From contig CAZQZS010000001.1 of the NCBI GenBank assembly GCA_964597895.1, positions 183,178 to 247,177 of the forward strand: DNA of 64,000 nucleotides. Reading direction: 5' to 3'. Position numbers and translations under genes: made by a program. The first letter of the stretch is position 1, and the number at the start of each line of letters is the position of its first letter. Shown one piece after another: positions 53,033-63,094 of the stretch. The stretch comes from an uncultured Candidatus Saccharibacteria bacterium (lineage in GTDB: Bacteria; Patescibacteriota; Doudnabacteria; UBA920). The notes beneath the pieces are model-generated. The model saw only the letters and a program-made list of their open reading frames with translations, did no database searches and was not told the DNA's origin.

Positions 53033-54763
53033 ATGGTGAGTCGTCCTTCATTTGAACACACCTTCAAGCAAAGAATAGTCGTTTTGACTGTTCTTTTCGT
53101 ATTGTGCATGTTAATAATCATACTGCGCTTGGCCAGTATGCAGATTTGGAATAGCGATAAATATAAAGTCTTGGCCGAAAACCAGCGTACAGGCCAGCAG
53201 CAGTTGGAACCTGAGCGTGGCGAGATTCAGATTTGGGACAGTTTTAATAATTTGCCCTACACAGTGGCGACTTCAAACGAAAAAGTGATGGTTTATGTTA
53301 ATCCTAGCCAAGTTCAAAATATCGAAGAGGTTGCTGCTAAGTTGTCCGAAATTACCAGTGTGGATCCGAAAGAGATTATAGCCAAGATTTCCGATAACAC
53401 CAAAAAATATGTAGTGATCAAAAAGGACCTTTCGGAAGATGAGCAGAGCAGAATCAAGGAAGCGGCCATTACTGGGGTTAGTTTTGATCGCGAGACATCT
53501 AGACTTTATCCAGAAAAATCCATGCTGGCGCAGCTGCTCGGTTTTGTGGGCTATGTCGGCGACGTTAAGCAGGGCGCTTATGGCTTAGAATTAGCATATA
53601 ATAACGAGTTGTCCGGTACTCCGGGATTACTACTGGAAGAAACTGATAACGCCGGACGGTGGATTTTTGGCGGGAAGCGCGACCGTGTTCCGGCGAAAGA
53701 CGGCGATTCAATCATGCTGACGATAGATAAAACCGTGCAGCTTAAAGTGGAAGCAGTGCTTAAGGAAACAGTTGAGAAGCACAGCGCTGATAGCGGCAGC
53801 GTAGTCGTGATGGATCCGAAGACTGGAGCTATCATTGCTATGGCAACGTATCCGACTTTTGACTTAAACAACTATTCTAAAGTAGAAGACCCGGAGATTT
53901 ATCTCAACCAGGTGACTGTCGGCGCTTATGAGCCAGGATCAATTTTTAAACCGCTCACTATGGCAGCGGCAATTAATGAGGGGAAGATTACACCCACTAC
54001 ACCTTTCAATGACATTGGTGAAGTCAAGGTGGACGAATACACGATTAAAAATTCTGATGACAAGGCCTATGGGATGCAGTCTATGACGCAAGTTCTGGAA
54101 CAGTCGCTCAATACCGGAACTATCTTCGCCAAGGATTCCATTGGCAACGCAAAATTTTTGGAGTATGTGAACCGATTTGGCTTTGGTCAAAAAACCGGCT
54201 TTGAAGTGGTGGAGAGCGCCGGCAATCTAGCAAACTTAAAAGGCAATATTAAAGTCAATTATCATACGGCTAGTTTCGGTCAGGGGATTAGCGTTACGCC
54301 ATTACAGATGGTGCAGGCGTTTTCGGCAATTGCTAACGAAGGCAAAATGCGCGCCCCGTATGTAGTCAATAAAATCATCCGCTCGTCAGGGGAGTTAGAA
54401 GAAATCGCTCCACCTGAGGCGAGGCAAGTGATCTCCAGTAAAACAGCTACCGAGGTCGCGGCGATGATGGTGAATGTGGTAGAGAACGGTCACGGCACCA
54501 AAGCTGCTGTACCAGGTTATTACATTGCAGGCAAAACCGGAACTGCGCAGGTGCCGCGCAAGGACGGCCGCGGCTATGAAGAAAACAACAATATAGGTTC
54601 GTTCATTGGCTTTGGACCGGTGGAAGATCCTAAGTTTGTGATGCTGGTGAGGGTTAACCATCCTCGCACCGTCAAATTTGCCGAAAGCACAGCAGCCCCA
54701 GCCTTTGGAGAAATAGCTCGTTTTTTGGTTCAGCACTATAATATTCCTCCTAGCCGCAAGTGA
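53033..54763 (+). CDS. ftsI: Penicillin-binding protein 2/3 class (FtsI-like transpeptidase)
   Basis: SxxK-containing transpeptidase (KTGTAQ) and dimerisation domain. Confidence 0.88.
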   Translation: MVSRPSFEHTFKQRIVVLTVLFVLCMLIIILRLASMQIWNSDKYKVLAENQRTGQQQLEPERGEIQIWDSFNNLPYTVATSNEKVMVYVNPSQVQNIEEVAAKLSEITSVDPKEIIAKISDNTKKYVVIKKDLSEDEQSRIKEAAITGVSFDRETSRLYPEKSMLAQLLGFVGYVGDVKQGAYGLELAYNNELSGTPGLLLEETDNAGRWIFGGKRDRVPAKDGDSIMLTIDKTVQLKVEAVLKETVEKHSADSGSVVVMDPKTGAIIAMATYPTFDLNNYSKVEDPEIYLNQVTVGAYEPGSIFKPLTMAAAINEGKITPTTPFNDIGEVKVDEYTIKNSDDKAYGMQSMTQVLEQSLNTGTIFAKDSIGNAKFLEYVNRFGFGQKTGFEVVESAGNLANLKGNIKVNYHTASFGQGISVTPLQMVQAFSAIANEGKMRAPYVVNKIIRSSGELEEIAPPEARQVISSKTATEVAAMMVNVVENGHGTKAAVPGYYIAGKTGTAQVPRKDGRGYEENNNIGSFIGFGPVEDPKFVMLVRVNHPRTVKFAESTAAPAFGEIARFLVQHYNIPPSRK

Positions 54764-54846
54764 TTTTCCAGCTTGACATTTTGGAATGATAGGCTATGCT
54801 TAGCTCACATAGCCAGTTTAAATTTGGCTTAACTAAGGAGGTAATT

Positions 54847-55185
54847 ATGGGTAGTAGCCATAAACGCAGATCAGGCCGCGAGATCAGGCGAGCTCGTCCA
54901 TTATTTGGGGAGTCGCTAATTCGCCACCGTCCGCTCATGATGGAAGTTAAAGAGAATCTACCCATGGCAAGAGAAATTACAGCTAAGGGGTTAGAGATCT
55001 CGGTCCTTCCAAAGGGGCATTACGAAGTGAGAATTCAATCTCACCCCAGGCCCGAGATGAGAGGCCGTCAAACCAAATGGGTTGTTGCAGATTGCAACGG
55101 CCATCAGGTAGGATTGGCTAAAAACTTCATTCGGAAAAATTTGGAGCCACATGGCTTAGTAAGATTTTATCTCTTGGGTTCATAG
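54847..55185 (+). CDS. Basic hypothetical protein (113 aa; start after AAGGAGG)
   Basis: TTGACA-16-TATGCT promoter 54770-54797; SD ctaaggagg. Confidence 0.5.
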   Translation: MGSSHKRRSGREIRRARPLFGESLIRHRPLMMEVKENLPMAREITAKGLEISVLPKGHYEVRIQSHPRPEMRGRQTKWVVADCNGHQVGLAKNFIRKNLEPHGLVRFYLLGS

Positions 55186-55270
55186 CGCGAGCACGTCAAC
55201 GACATGCTCGCCATTTTATTTACAAAAAACTATTCCCACAGAAAATTATTTACTCTATAATGAAGACAAC

Positions 55271-57577
55271 ATGATCATCGTTCGCGCTATAAATTTTGTT
55301 GCCAAGTCACTTGGCTTGCTGATCGTCACTGCAGCAACAGGTTTCATGTTCGTGTTTTTTGTTCTCGGAGTAAGCTCGCTGGTTTATTTGTACATGGTTA
55401 ACCAGTCGTTGCCAAGCTATGAGGAGTTAGTGGATCGTGATGTGCCGGAATCCAGCAAGCTGTATGCCCGTGATGGCACTTTAATTTATGAATTCTACGG
55501 TGAATATAAGCGTTCGCGAATTCCTCTTGAGCGGGTTTCTCCTTATCTAGTCAATGCCACCCTGGCTATTGAAGATAAAGACTTTTATAACCATGGCGCG
55601 ATTTCATTGCCCGCAATTGCGCGTGCTGTAATTGCCAACTATGAAACTGGCGCGCCGGTACAGGGGGGCAGCACTATTACGCAGCAGTTCGTTAAAAATG
55701 CTCTACTGGACCGTAAAAAACTGTACAGCCGCAAGGTGCGCGAAATTTTGCTGGCCTATAAGGTTGAGTCGCACTTCACCAAACAAGAAATTTTAGAACT
55801 CTACTTAAACGAAATTCCTTACGGCCGCAACAGTTACGGAGCCGAAGCCGCGGCAAAAATTTATTTTGGCAAGTCTGCCTCAGAGCTTAACTTGGCTGAA
55901 AGCGCTTATTTGGCAGCTTTGCCTCAAGCCCCAAGCTATTACAGTCCGACTGGCAAAAATCGCCAAGCTTTAGATGCACGCAAGGATTTAGTGTTGCAGA
56001 ACATGCTAGAGCAGGGGTATATCACCGAGAATGAGATGTATCAGGCACGTACCGTGCCTGTGGCATTCTTAAACAATACCAATAAGTTAGTGGCGCCATA
56101 TTTTGTGGCTTATGTTCAGACTTATCTCACCGAAAAATACGGCGAAGCTTTTCTTAAGGAAGGCGGTTTAAAAGTTTACAGCGCGCTGGATATGAACTTG
56201 CAAACTTTAGCAGAACAAGTTGTTAAAGAGGGTGCGGAAGAAAATCGCATCAAGAATCGCGCTCATAACGCCGCTTTAGTCGCAGTTGACCCATCTAATA
56301 ATAAAGTTGTCGCTATGGCCGGAGGTAAGGATTTTTGGGCCGAGCCTGAACCGGCAGGGTGTATCGTAGGCAAGAACTGCAAGTTTGAGCCAAACGTGAA
56401 TGTTGCTACTAGCTTGCGCCAGCCTGGCAGCAGCTTTAAACCATATGCTTATTTGACGGCGTTTAAGCCTGAACATGGCTATACACCGCTATCGCGCGTG
56501 CTGGATGCGCCGATCACTTTCGGTGTTGTCGGTAGTAGACCATACTCCCCACAAAATTATGACGGCAGTTTCCGGGGTTCAATGACGATCCGCAAAGCCT
56601 TGGCTGGCAGCTTGAATGTGCCTGCTGTGCGCACCCTAAATGCTGTAGGCGTAGAAAACGTGGTTCAAACCGCTAAGGATTTAGGGATAACTTCTCCGAT
56701 GAAGAACTGCGGTTTGTCTTTGGTGCTCGGTGGCTGCGAAGTTAGGCTAATGGATCACACTATTGCCATGTCGGTAATCGCTAATGGCGGCAAGGCCAAT
56801 TTGAGCAGTCCGTTTATTCGTATAGAAGATAAGCATGGAGAAATTTTAGAAGATTCTACGGCGCCACCCGAGCAAGTCGTTAACCCCGAAGCTATCTATT
56901 CTCTTATCAGCATTATGAGCGACGACCAATCGCGGCAATATATTTTTGGTCCCAAGAATCCGCTGACTTTGCCGGATGGCCGGCCGGTAGCAGCCAAGAC
57001 TGGCACCACTCAAAACTGGAAGGACGGATGGACTATGGGCTTTACACCACAGTTGGCCGTGGGCGTTTGGACCGGCAACAACGACAGCACTGTCATGCGT
57101 GCCGGTGCTGACGGCGTGTTTACGGCCGCGCCGATTTGGCAAAAGTTTATGATTGAAGCGCACAAGAATTTGCCGGCCAAAGATTTTGAGGTTCCCGAAG
57201 GCATTATTCAAGTTGCTTACGACATTTACTCAAACAGGCCGGTAACCCGTGATTCCAAAAACGTACGCATGGAGCCAATCGCTTGGTATGCATTGCCGAA
57301 AGACATTCAAGTGAGCGCCGCGCCGCGCAATATGCCAAAGTCGCTGATTGGTCCGATTGATAACCAACCAATTTCCACGGACGGGCAGGGAACAGTGGGT
57401 GGGATTTCTACCGAAATTCCTTCTACCGAGCCTGAGCCTGTTCCAGTCGTTCCTTACGAACAAGCTTTCCCGCAGGGTTTTAGTCCGTATTTTGACTCGG
57501 GAGGAGTACCCGATACTGAGCAAGAATCTTTGACGGATATTCCTGCTTTGCGCCGACCCGGTTTATGGGCAAATTAA
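55271..57577 (+). CDS. Class A penicillin-binding protein (glycosyltransferase GT51 + transpeptidase)
   Basis: GT51 motifs EDKDFYNHGAIS, GGSTITQQ; TP SxxK/KTG. Confidence 0.9.
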   Translation: MIIVRAINFVAKSLGLLIVTAATGFMFVFFVLGVSSLVYLYMVNQSLPSYEELVDRDVPESSKLYARDGTLIYEFYGEYKRSRIPLERVSPYLVNATLAIEDKDFYNHGAISLPAIARAVIANYETGAPVQGGSTITQQFVKNALLDRKKLYSRKVREILLAYKVESHFTKQEILELYLNEIPYGRNSYGAEAAAKIYFGKSASELNLAESAYLAALPQAPSYYSPTGKNRQALDARKDLVLQNMLEQGYITENEMYQARTVPVAFLNNTNKLVAPYFVAYVQTYLTEKYGEAFLKEGGLKVYSALDMNLQTLAEQVVKEGAEENRIKNRAHNAALVAVDPSNNKVVAMAGGKDFWAEPEPAGCIVGKNCKFEPNVNVATSLRQPGSSFKPYAYLTAFKPEHGYTPLSRVLDAPITFGVVGSRPYSPQNYDGSFRGSMTIRKALAGSLNVPAVRTLNAVGVENVVQTAKDLGITSPMKNCGLSLVLGGCEVRLMDHTIAMSVIANGGKANLSSPFIRIEDKHGEILEDSTAPPEQVVNPEAIYSLISIMSDDQSRQYIFGPKNPLTLPDGRPVAAKTGTTQNWKDGWTMGFTPQLAVGVWTGNNDSTVMRAGADGVFTAAPIWQKFMIEAHKNLPAKDFEVPEGIIQVAYDIYSNRPVTRDSKNVRMEPIAWYALPKDIQVSAAPRNMPKSLIGPIDNQPISTDGQGTVGGISTEIPSTEPEPVPVVPYEQAFPQGFSPYFDSGGVPDTEQESLTDIPALRRPGLWAN

Positions 57578-57602
57578 AACAGCACTGTCCGTGCTGTTTT
57601 TT
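57578..57602 (+). terminator. Bidirectional rho-independent terminator
   Basis: aacagcac-tgtcc-gtgctgtt then tttt. Confidence 0.8.
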
Positions 57603-57825
57603 AGTTGGTGATGATCTCAAAAACCTTCTGTTTGCTTTTCTGTCCAGAGATGAATTGAATTTTGCTTTTGGCTACACTGAAATGTTCAGCCAAAGCTTTG
57701 ATTACAGCTAGATTCGCTTTGCTTTCTAAAGGTGGCTCAGATACATAAATATGTAAGCCGCCAAACAAATCAGTTTCGATTCTCGGTTTGCGAGAGTTGG
57801 GGTGAGCTGTGACAGTTATTCTCAC
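57601..57825 (-). CDS. DUF167 (YggU-like) protein
   Basis: 74 aa; pattern ...VSEPPLESKANLAVIKALAEHF.V.KS...SGQKSKQKV. Confidence 0.6.
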   Translation of the reverse strand: MRITVTAHPNSRKPRIETDLFGGLHIYVSEPPLESKANLAVIKALAEHFSVAKSKIQFISGQKSKQKVFEIITN

Positions 57826-57835
57826 AAAATTAAAC

Positions 57836-58483
57836 CTATTGTTTAATACTGCTCAAGCACTGACTTTTGGCAGGTTCAGAAAGTGAGTTACAAATTGCGG
57901 CTGGATCAAGCTGCATTTGGGTTTGCCCGCTGGTGCTGGAGGAAGCAGCTGGTAAAGCTGGGATATTAAATTCCTGGAAGTCGATGTTGCTTGGCGGTTC
58001 AAAGAATGAACTGTCTGCGTCCCATGATTTGCAGGAGTAATCATAGTTCTCATTTGGATCCATGCCTTGCGAGCTGCTGGTCTCGGCTTCGGTGGTGTTC
58101 TCAAATGACATTTTGAAACCTTTGTCTTCACCGTCCATCCAGACATAACTGGTGTTGATGCTACCAGCCATAAAGATCATATGACCAGTGCGGGTTTGAC
58201 CTTCGTCTGTGGAGGTAAAGTTAGCGCGGCCTTTATCTTTGGTTACGTAGATCGTGCCAGAGCTTTGGTTGTTGGCGTCGGTGCTGTTCCAGGAGCACTC
58301 AATGTCTCGGCCCCGAGTCATCAACTCTTTTAGGGAAGTGCTCTCCATGGCGAGCTCTGATTCTGTCTCTGTGGTGGTAGAATCATTTTGCACTTCGCTA
58401 GGGTTTTGGTTTTGAGTGAAGTACCACACTCCAGCTCCAACCACGACGATAGCGGCAATTATGCCAATAATTTTCGCGTTCAT
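57836..58483 (-). CDS. Secreted/membrane-anchored S/T-rich hypothetical protein
   Basis: N-terminal signal anchor, low-complexity acidic S/T region. Confidence 0.5.
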   Translation of the reverse strand: MNAKIIGIIAAIVVVGAGVWYFTQNQNPSEVQNDSTTTETESELAMESTSLKELMTRGRDIECSWNSTDANNQSSGTIYVTKDKGRANFTSTDEGQTRTGHMIFMAGSINTSYVWMDGEDKGFKMSFENTTEAETSSSQGMDPNENYDYSCKSWDADSSFFEPPSNIDFQEFNIPALPAASSSTSGQTQMQLDPAAICNSLSEPAKSQCLSSIKQ

Positions 58484-58545
58484 ATTGTTTAGTTAATAAT
58501 CTTGGCTCCAGTATAACAAAAAATCGCCCCAAGGGCGATTTGTTT

Positions 58546-58620
58546 TGGCTGGGGTACCAGGATTCGAACCTGGGAATGAGCGGACCAAAACCGCTTGCCT
58601 TACCACTTGGCTATACCCCA
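58546..58620 (-). tRNA. tRNA-Gln(UUG)
   Basis: Cloverleaf: acceptor TGGGGTA/TACCCCA, anticodon arm AGCGG-TTTTGGT-CCGCT, T arm CCAGG-TTCGAAT-CCTGG, G73+CCA. Confidence 0.85.
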
Positions 58621-58696
58621 ATATATAATTTTCTGATTCGTTTGCCTGTGTCCGCTCTGAGCGGACCTCTATAATATAACGGCTACTGGCGTAAGC

Positions 58697-58731
58697 CTAT
58701 GGCGCTTGCCTTACCACTTGGCTATACCCCA
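58697..58731 (-). pseudogene. Duplicated 5' half of tRNA-Gln (~30 nt identical to 58593-58620)
   Basis: gcttgccttaccacttggctatacccca repeated 104 nt downstream. Confidence 0.6.
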
Positions 58732-58832
58732 ATAATTTTCAATTAGCCTTGATATGATACCGAAAATAGTGGTTTTTGGCAAGAATGCGCGCGTTTTTGT
58801 ATGGTATAATTTACCTATATTTAACAAGATTT

Positions 58833-59693
58833 ATGCCTATCTCAACCCCAAAACGGAGTAGTAACTGGAACTACGGCGGTAATAATTGGAAATTGTCGCG
58901 CTCAAAAATTGAATTATTCCAGCAGTGCCCGCGCTGTTTTTATTTAGACAATAAACTCGGTATTCGTCGGCCATCCATGCCTGCTTTTTTGCTTAACTCA
59001 GCGGTAGACTCACAGCTCAAAAAAGAATTTGATGTTCATCGTGCCCAAGGTACCAAGCATCCCTTTCAGGACGAGTACGGTATAGATGCTATCCCAGCGC
59101 AGCACGACAAAATTAATACCTGGCGAGAAAACTTTGAAGGCGTGCAGTATTTTCATGCGCCAACCGGTTTGCTCGTCAGTGGCGCTATAGATGACCTCTG
59201 GCTTAACAGCCAGGGCGAATATATAGTGGTGGATTACAAAGCCACTGCCAAAGATGCGCCTGTAAAAGAACTTAGTGGCGTCTGGCATGAAGGCTATAAG
59301 CGGCAGATGGAAATCTATCAATGGCTGCTCAGGCGAAACGATCTGAAAGTTTCCGATACAGGCTACTTTGTTTACTGTACTGGCAAGGCCGATCAAGAAG
59401 CTTTTGATAAAACCATTGAGTTTGATGTCGTGCTGATTCCTTACACCGGTAAAGACGACTGGGTTGAGGGCGTGCTGTATAAAATTAAAGATTGTTTGGA
59501 AGGTTCCAGCATCCCCGAAGCCGGAGAGGGCTGCGAGTACTGCGGCTGGTATTACGCACGTGCTTCAGAAGAGGGAGGCGTGCCAGCTTCATCGCCACCT
59601 GCTAAAAAAAAGCCTGAATTGCGCACCCACATCGCTCGCAGAACCTCAAAACCAAAACCGCTAGCCAAAGATGACTCGGCAACGCTATTTTGA
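58833..59693 (+). CDS. PD-(D/E)XK nuclease, Cas4/RecB-like with 4-Cys cluster (track ORF 58776 extension excluded)
   Basis: N-terminal CPRC, core D..IVVDYK, C-terminal CEYCGWY; TGGTATAAT promoter at 58802-58810. Confidence 0.6.
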   Translation: MPISTPKRSSNWNYGGNNWKLSRSKIELFQQCPRCFYLDNKLGIRRPSMPAFLLNSAVDSQLKKEFDVHRAQGTKHPFQDEYGIDAIPAQHDKINTWRENFEGVQYFHAPTGLLVSGAIDDLWLNSQGEYIVVDYKATAKDAPVKELSGVWHEGYKRQMEIYQWLLRRNDLKVSDTGYFVYCTGKADQEAFDKTIEFDVVLIPYTGKDDWVEGVLYKIKDCLEGSSIPEAGEGCEYCGWYYARASEEGGVPASSPPAKKKPELRTHIARRTSKPKPLAKDDSATLF

Positions 59694-59747
59694 TTGAGTT
59701 TGCCTAAAGATAGGAATATAATATAGAAGAGCATTAAGAAAGCAATT

Positions 59748-60944
59748 ATGAAAAAATATGCACGCATTTTAGGGGGCATTGGTGCGGGGATCGTGGCTTT
59801 GACCATGGTTTTGGCGCCAGGTGCGCAAGTTTCAGCGGCAGAGTTTTTGGTGCCAGACGAGAGTGGTAACATCACTATTTCTGCTGACAGCGTGCACCGA
59901 AATCTTTATACCGCTGGCGGCACGGTTCTGCTCAACAACGCCACTTTGGGTGATGCAGTAGTCGTGGGCGGCAATGTGACCATTGAGGGCAACGTTGAAA
60001 GCGACTTAACCGTAGCTGGCGGCAATGTTTATATTAACGGAACTGTCGGCGGTGACGTGCGCGTGGCAGGCGGTGACGTAACCATTAATAACGCGGTAAG
60101 CGGCGATGTGGTCGGTGTTGGCGGCAGCATCCGTTTGACCGATCGTGCGGCGGTTGCTGGCGATGTTATGATTGCCGGCGGACAGATTGAATTACTCGGG
60201 CCAGTAACAGGAAAGCTCACTGCTCACGCCGATCTGATAACTATTAACAGTGCCGTTACAGGGGCAGTAGTCATTACAGCTGGTCAAAAGTTGAGTCTTG
60301 GGGCAAAAACTAATTTTGCTGGCGAAGCAAAATACAAGTCGTGGCAGGAAGCCGAGATTGCAGACGGTGCCCAGACGGGTAATTTGCAGTACGAACAAAT
60401 TCCTCGTAAACAGAACGAAGGCGGTAAAGCATTGGCCGGTGTTTTGACTTTAGGGTTTGTATTCAAGCTCTTGGCCATGATTTTGGCAAGCTTGGTACTG
60501 CTCAAGCTGTTCCCAAAGACCAGCACCGAGCTGGTTACTCATCTTAAAGAAAACGTATGGGCTAATTTGGGTATCGGCTTCGTTGCATTTATTGCCATGC
60601 CAATTATGGCGCTACTGTTGCTGTTCACCTTTGTTGGGTTTTACGCGGCTTTGATTGTGTTCGTTCTCTGGCTGCTATGGTGCATGGTCGGCGCATTGGT
60701 GGGTATGGTCTTTGTCGGAGCTTGGATTAATCAGAAGTTTATCAAGAAGGAACAACTGACTATTGATTGGCAAGCAGTCGTGCTGGGTGTTGTTATTGTT
60801 TCTATCTTGGCGTTGATCCCAGCCATCGGCTGGCTAATCAGCTTATTGATTGTTTGGGTAGGTTTTGGTACAATCATTCGGCATATTACTGCGATCAGTC
60901 GCGGTCAACAAGCAACACCAACAATTAATAACGAAACTGTCTAA
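59748..60944 (+). CDS. Membrane protein with signal peptide, beta-helical G-x-V repeat domain (bactofilin/LiaF-like) and C-terminal polytopic TM domain
   Basis: Repeats VGGNVTIEGNV...VAGGNVYINGTVGGDVRVAGGDVTINNAVSGDV. Confidence 0.55.
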   Translation: MKKYARILGGIGAGIVALTMVLAPGAQVSAAEFLVPDESGNITISADSVHRNLYTAGGTVLLNNATLGDAVVVGGNVTIEGNVESDLTVAGGNVYINGTVGGDVRVAGGDVTINNAVSGDVVGVGGSIRLTDRAAVAGDVMIAGGQIELLGPVTGKLTAHADLITINSAVTGAVVITAGQKLSLGAKTNFAGEAKYKSWQEAEIADGAQTGNLQYEQIPRKQNEGGKALAGVLTLGFVFKLLAMILASLVLLKLFPKTSTELVTHLKENVWANLGIGFVAFIAMPIMALLLLFTFVGFYAALIVFVLWLLWCMVGALVGMVFVGAWINQKFIKKEQLTIDWQAVVLGVVIVSILALIPAIGWLISLLIVWVGFGTIIRHITAISRGQQATPTINNETV

Positions 60945-61222
60945 TGGGATTATTTGATAAGCTTAAAGATGTAAACGAAATGCGTAAGCAGGCTAAGCAG
61001 ATTGAAATGATGCTTGGCCAAGAAGAAGTTACCGGCAAATCTTCTGGCTCCAAAATTGAAATTACTATTGATGGCAATCAAACTGTAAAGAGTGTAAAAG
61101 TAGATGATTCAATAGTTGGGGATAGGGGAGATATTGCGCGCAACATTCGCGAGGCAATGGAAGACCTTAACAAGAAGCATAAAAAAATGCTGCAGCAAAA
61201 ATTTGGCAGCATGATGCAATAA
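60944..61222 (+). CDS. ybaB: Nucleoid-associated protein YbaB/EbfC family
   Basis: 92 aa; ...KIEITIDGNQTVKSVKVDDSIV... Confidence 0.7.
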   Translation: MGLFDKLKDVNEMRKQAKQIEMMLGQEEVTGKSSGSKIEITIDGNQTVKSVKVDDSIVGDRGDIARNIREAMEDLNKKHKKMLQQKFGSMMQ

Positions 61223-61320
61223 GTTTATATTCGAACATACTCACTCTTCACTAGGCTTCGCCGCTACGTGGCTGCAGAATTGTTCAGAGTAAGTATGTTC
61301 TCCTGAAGGGGAGTGGGAAA

Positions 61321-61364
61321 ATAAAAAAAGAAGCGGTGAGAGGAATAAATTCCTTCTCACCGCT
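61321..61364 (-). terminator. Rho-independent terminator for minus-strand membrane protein gene
   Basis: agcggtgagaagga...tcctctcaccgct 12-bp stem followed on minus strand by cttctttttttat. Confidence 0.75.
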
Positions 61365-61368
61365 TTCG

Positions 61369-61779
61369 CTAGTCTTCGTCTGTGATGATTCCCGGTCGTT
61401 TTCGGACCGGAGGTAAACACTCAGGAGCAAGCAGGCAGATGCTGATTAACAGCATCGTGGCATAAGTAGCCACGATGGCGGTCCATGTTTCACTAGGTTT
61501 CAACAACGCAGAGGCTATGATAAAGATAGCAAATGTGAAGTTGAAGCCGATAGTTGCCGCAATCCATCCCGCGTTGCGATCTTGTCGCAATTTTCGGACC
61601 GCCGCCGCAGCCAAACCTGGCGCCGCCACAGCCAAGACAAAGAGAAAGATGAACGCCTTGGCAGGGTCGGTGGGTGTGTGAGACTCTGCCGTGATCAGGA
61701 TGACTCCTACTGGGAGTATCACTCCCATGGCCATCCCAATGATCATCGTTAGTATGCTACTAATGATTTCGTTTACCAT
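61369..61779 (-). CDS. Hypothetical polytopic membrane protein (start at MVNEI..., 137 aa)
   Basis: Start placed after consensus promoter and GGGGGA SD. Confidence 0.55.
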   Translation of the reverse strand: MVNEIISSILTMIIGMAMGVILPVGVILITAESHTPTDPAKAFIFLFVLAVAAPGLAAAAVRKLRQDRNAGWIAATIGFNFTFAIFIIASALLKPSETWTAIVATYATMLLISICLLAPECLPPVRKRPGIITDED

Positions 61780-61819
61780 ACATAGATCCCCCAAAAAATT
61801 TTGTATTTCTAAATTACAT

Positions 61820-61848
61820 ATTATAGCATAAATTCGTATATTTGTCAA
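61820..61848 (-). promoter_or_regulatory. Perfect consensus promoter TTGACA-17-TATAAT on minus strand
   Basis: tgtcaa 61843-61848 and attata 61820-61825 on plus strand. Confidence 0.7.
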
Positions 61849-61851
61849 TAA

Positions 61852-62946
61852 ATGAAACAGGGAAGTAAGACAACTAAAAAGCGCGTACTTATGGCACTTT
61901 CTGGCGGAATTGATTCTGCTGTTTCGGCGTATTTGCTACAAAAAGCCGGTTACCAAGTTGAAGCCGCATTTATGAAAAACTGGTCTTCAACTGCTGGTTT
62001 AAAATATTCAGATTGTCCTTGGCTGATTGATCGCCAAGATGCGTTGCGCGTGGCTGCTCATTTGGGTATCCCTATGCACACAGTGAACTACGAAAAAGAA
62101 TATAAAAAGAACGTCATGGATTATTTCTTTAAGGAATATAAAGCTGGCCGCACCCCAAACCCTGATGTAATGTGTAACAAAGAAATCAAATTCAAAGTTT
62201 TATACAACTGGGCTATGAAGAATGGTTTTGATTATGTCGCTACCGGCCATTACGCACAAGTCAAAAAAATAAAAAATAAGGCAGGGGAGAACTACCAGCT
62301 TGTTCGCAGCAAGGATGAATTCAAGGACCAGACTTACTTCATTTACAATATTAAGCAATTACAACTCCCCCATTTGCTCTTCCCTATCGGCTCAAAGAAA
62401 AAATCCGAAGTTCGGGCTATGGCCAAGAAGCTTAAACTGCCGAATGCAGATAAAAAAGAAAGCATGGGGCTCTGTTTTGTAGGTCAGATTCGCTTAAAGG
62501 ATTTTTTGTCGCAAAAAATTAAACCAAAAATCGGGCCGGTTGTTACCCAAGATGGACAAAAAATTGGCGAGCACCAAGGTTTGCCGTATTACACTATTGG
62601 CCAGCGCCAGGGAATTAACATTGGCAAGGGTGGTCCATGGTATGTTGTCAGTAAGAATCTTAAGACCAACACTTTGGTTGTCACTAATGATGCAAATGAC
62701 AAGGCTTTACTAACCCAAGAAGTTGAAATTCACAGTGTGAATTGGATTACCAAACCAAAAAGTTTTCCAGCTAAGCTGGAGGGACGTTATCGTCATCAAG
62801 GAAAACTCGAAAAGCTCACAATTCAACTCAAAAGCCGCGATCATTATCTGGTTAAGTTCGCCAAGCCGCAATCAGCCGTCGCTAGCGGTCAAAGTTTGGT
62901 ACTATACGACAAAAAAGTCTGCGTGGGCGGCGGAGTAATTGCCTAA
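61852..62946 (+). CDS. mnmA: tRNA-specific 2-thiouridylase MnmA
   Basis: PP-loop ALSGGIDSAV. Confidence 0.92.
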   Translation: MKQGSKTTKKRVLMALSGGIDSAVSAYLLQKAGYQVEAAFMKNWSSTAGLKYSDCPWLIDRQDALRVAAHLGIPMHTVNYEKEYKKNVMDYFFKEYKAGRTPNPDVMCNKEIKFKVLYNWAMKNGFDYVATGHYAQVKKIKNKAGENYQLVRSKDEFKDQTYFIYNIKQLQLPHLLFPIGSKKKSEVRAMAKKLKLPNADKKESMGLCFVGQIRLKDFLSQKIKPKIGPVVTQDGQKIGEHQGLPYYTIGQRQGINIGKGGPWYVVSKNLKTNTLVVTNDANDKALLTQEVEIHSVNWITKPKSFPAKLEGRYRHQGKLEKLTIQLKSRDHYLVKFAKPQSAVASGQSLVLYDKKVCVGGGVIA

Positions 62947-62949
62947 ATA

Positions 62950-62976
62950 TAAACGCCAGCTTATAGGCTGGCGTTG
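62950..62976 (+). terminator. Bidirectional terminator hairpin
   Basis: aacgccagc-ttatag-gctggcgtt. Confidence 0.65.
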
Positions 62977-63094
62977 GTAGTACTATACTCGGGATCGTTC
63001 GCAGTTGGTTAAGCTTGCATATGTTATTCCTCCTCAATAGATTTGTTTGTAGGTATGGGATATTAATAGCCTAGATTTTTTTAGTAATTTTAGT

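Noticed and set aside
58776-58832. Track start of the Cas4-like ORF at 58776
   Set aside because: That start lies upstream of the TGGTATAAT -10 box; the ATG at 58833 downstream of the promoter is more plausible.
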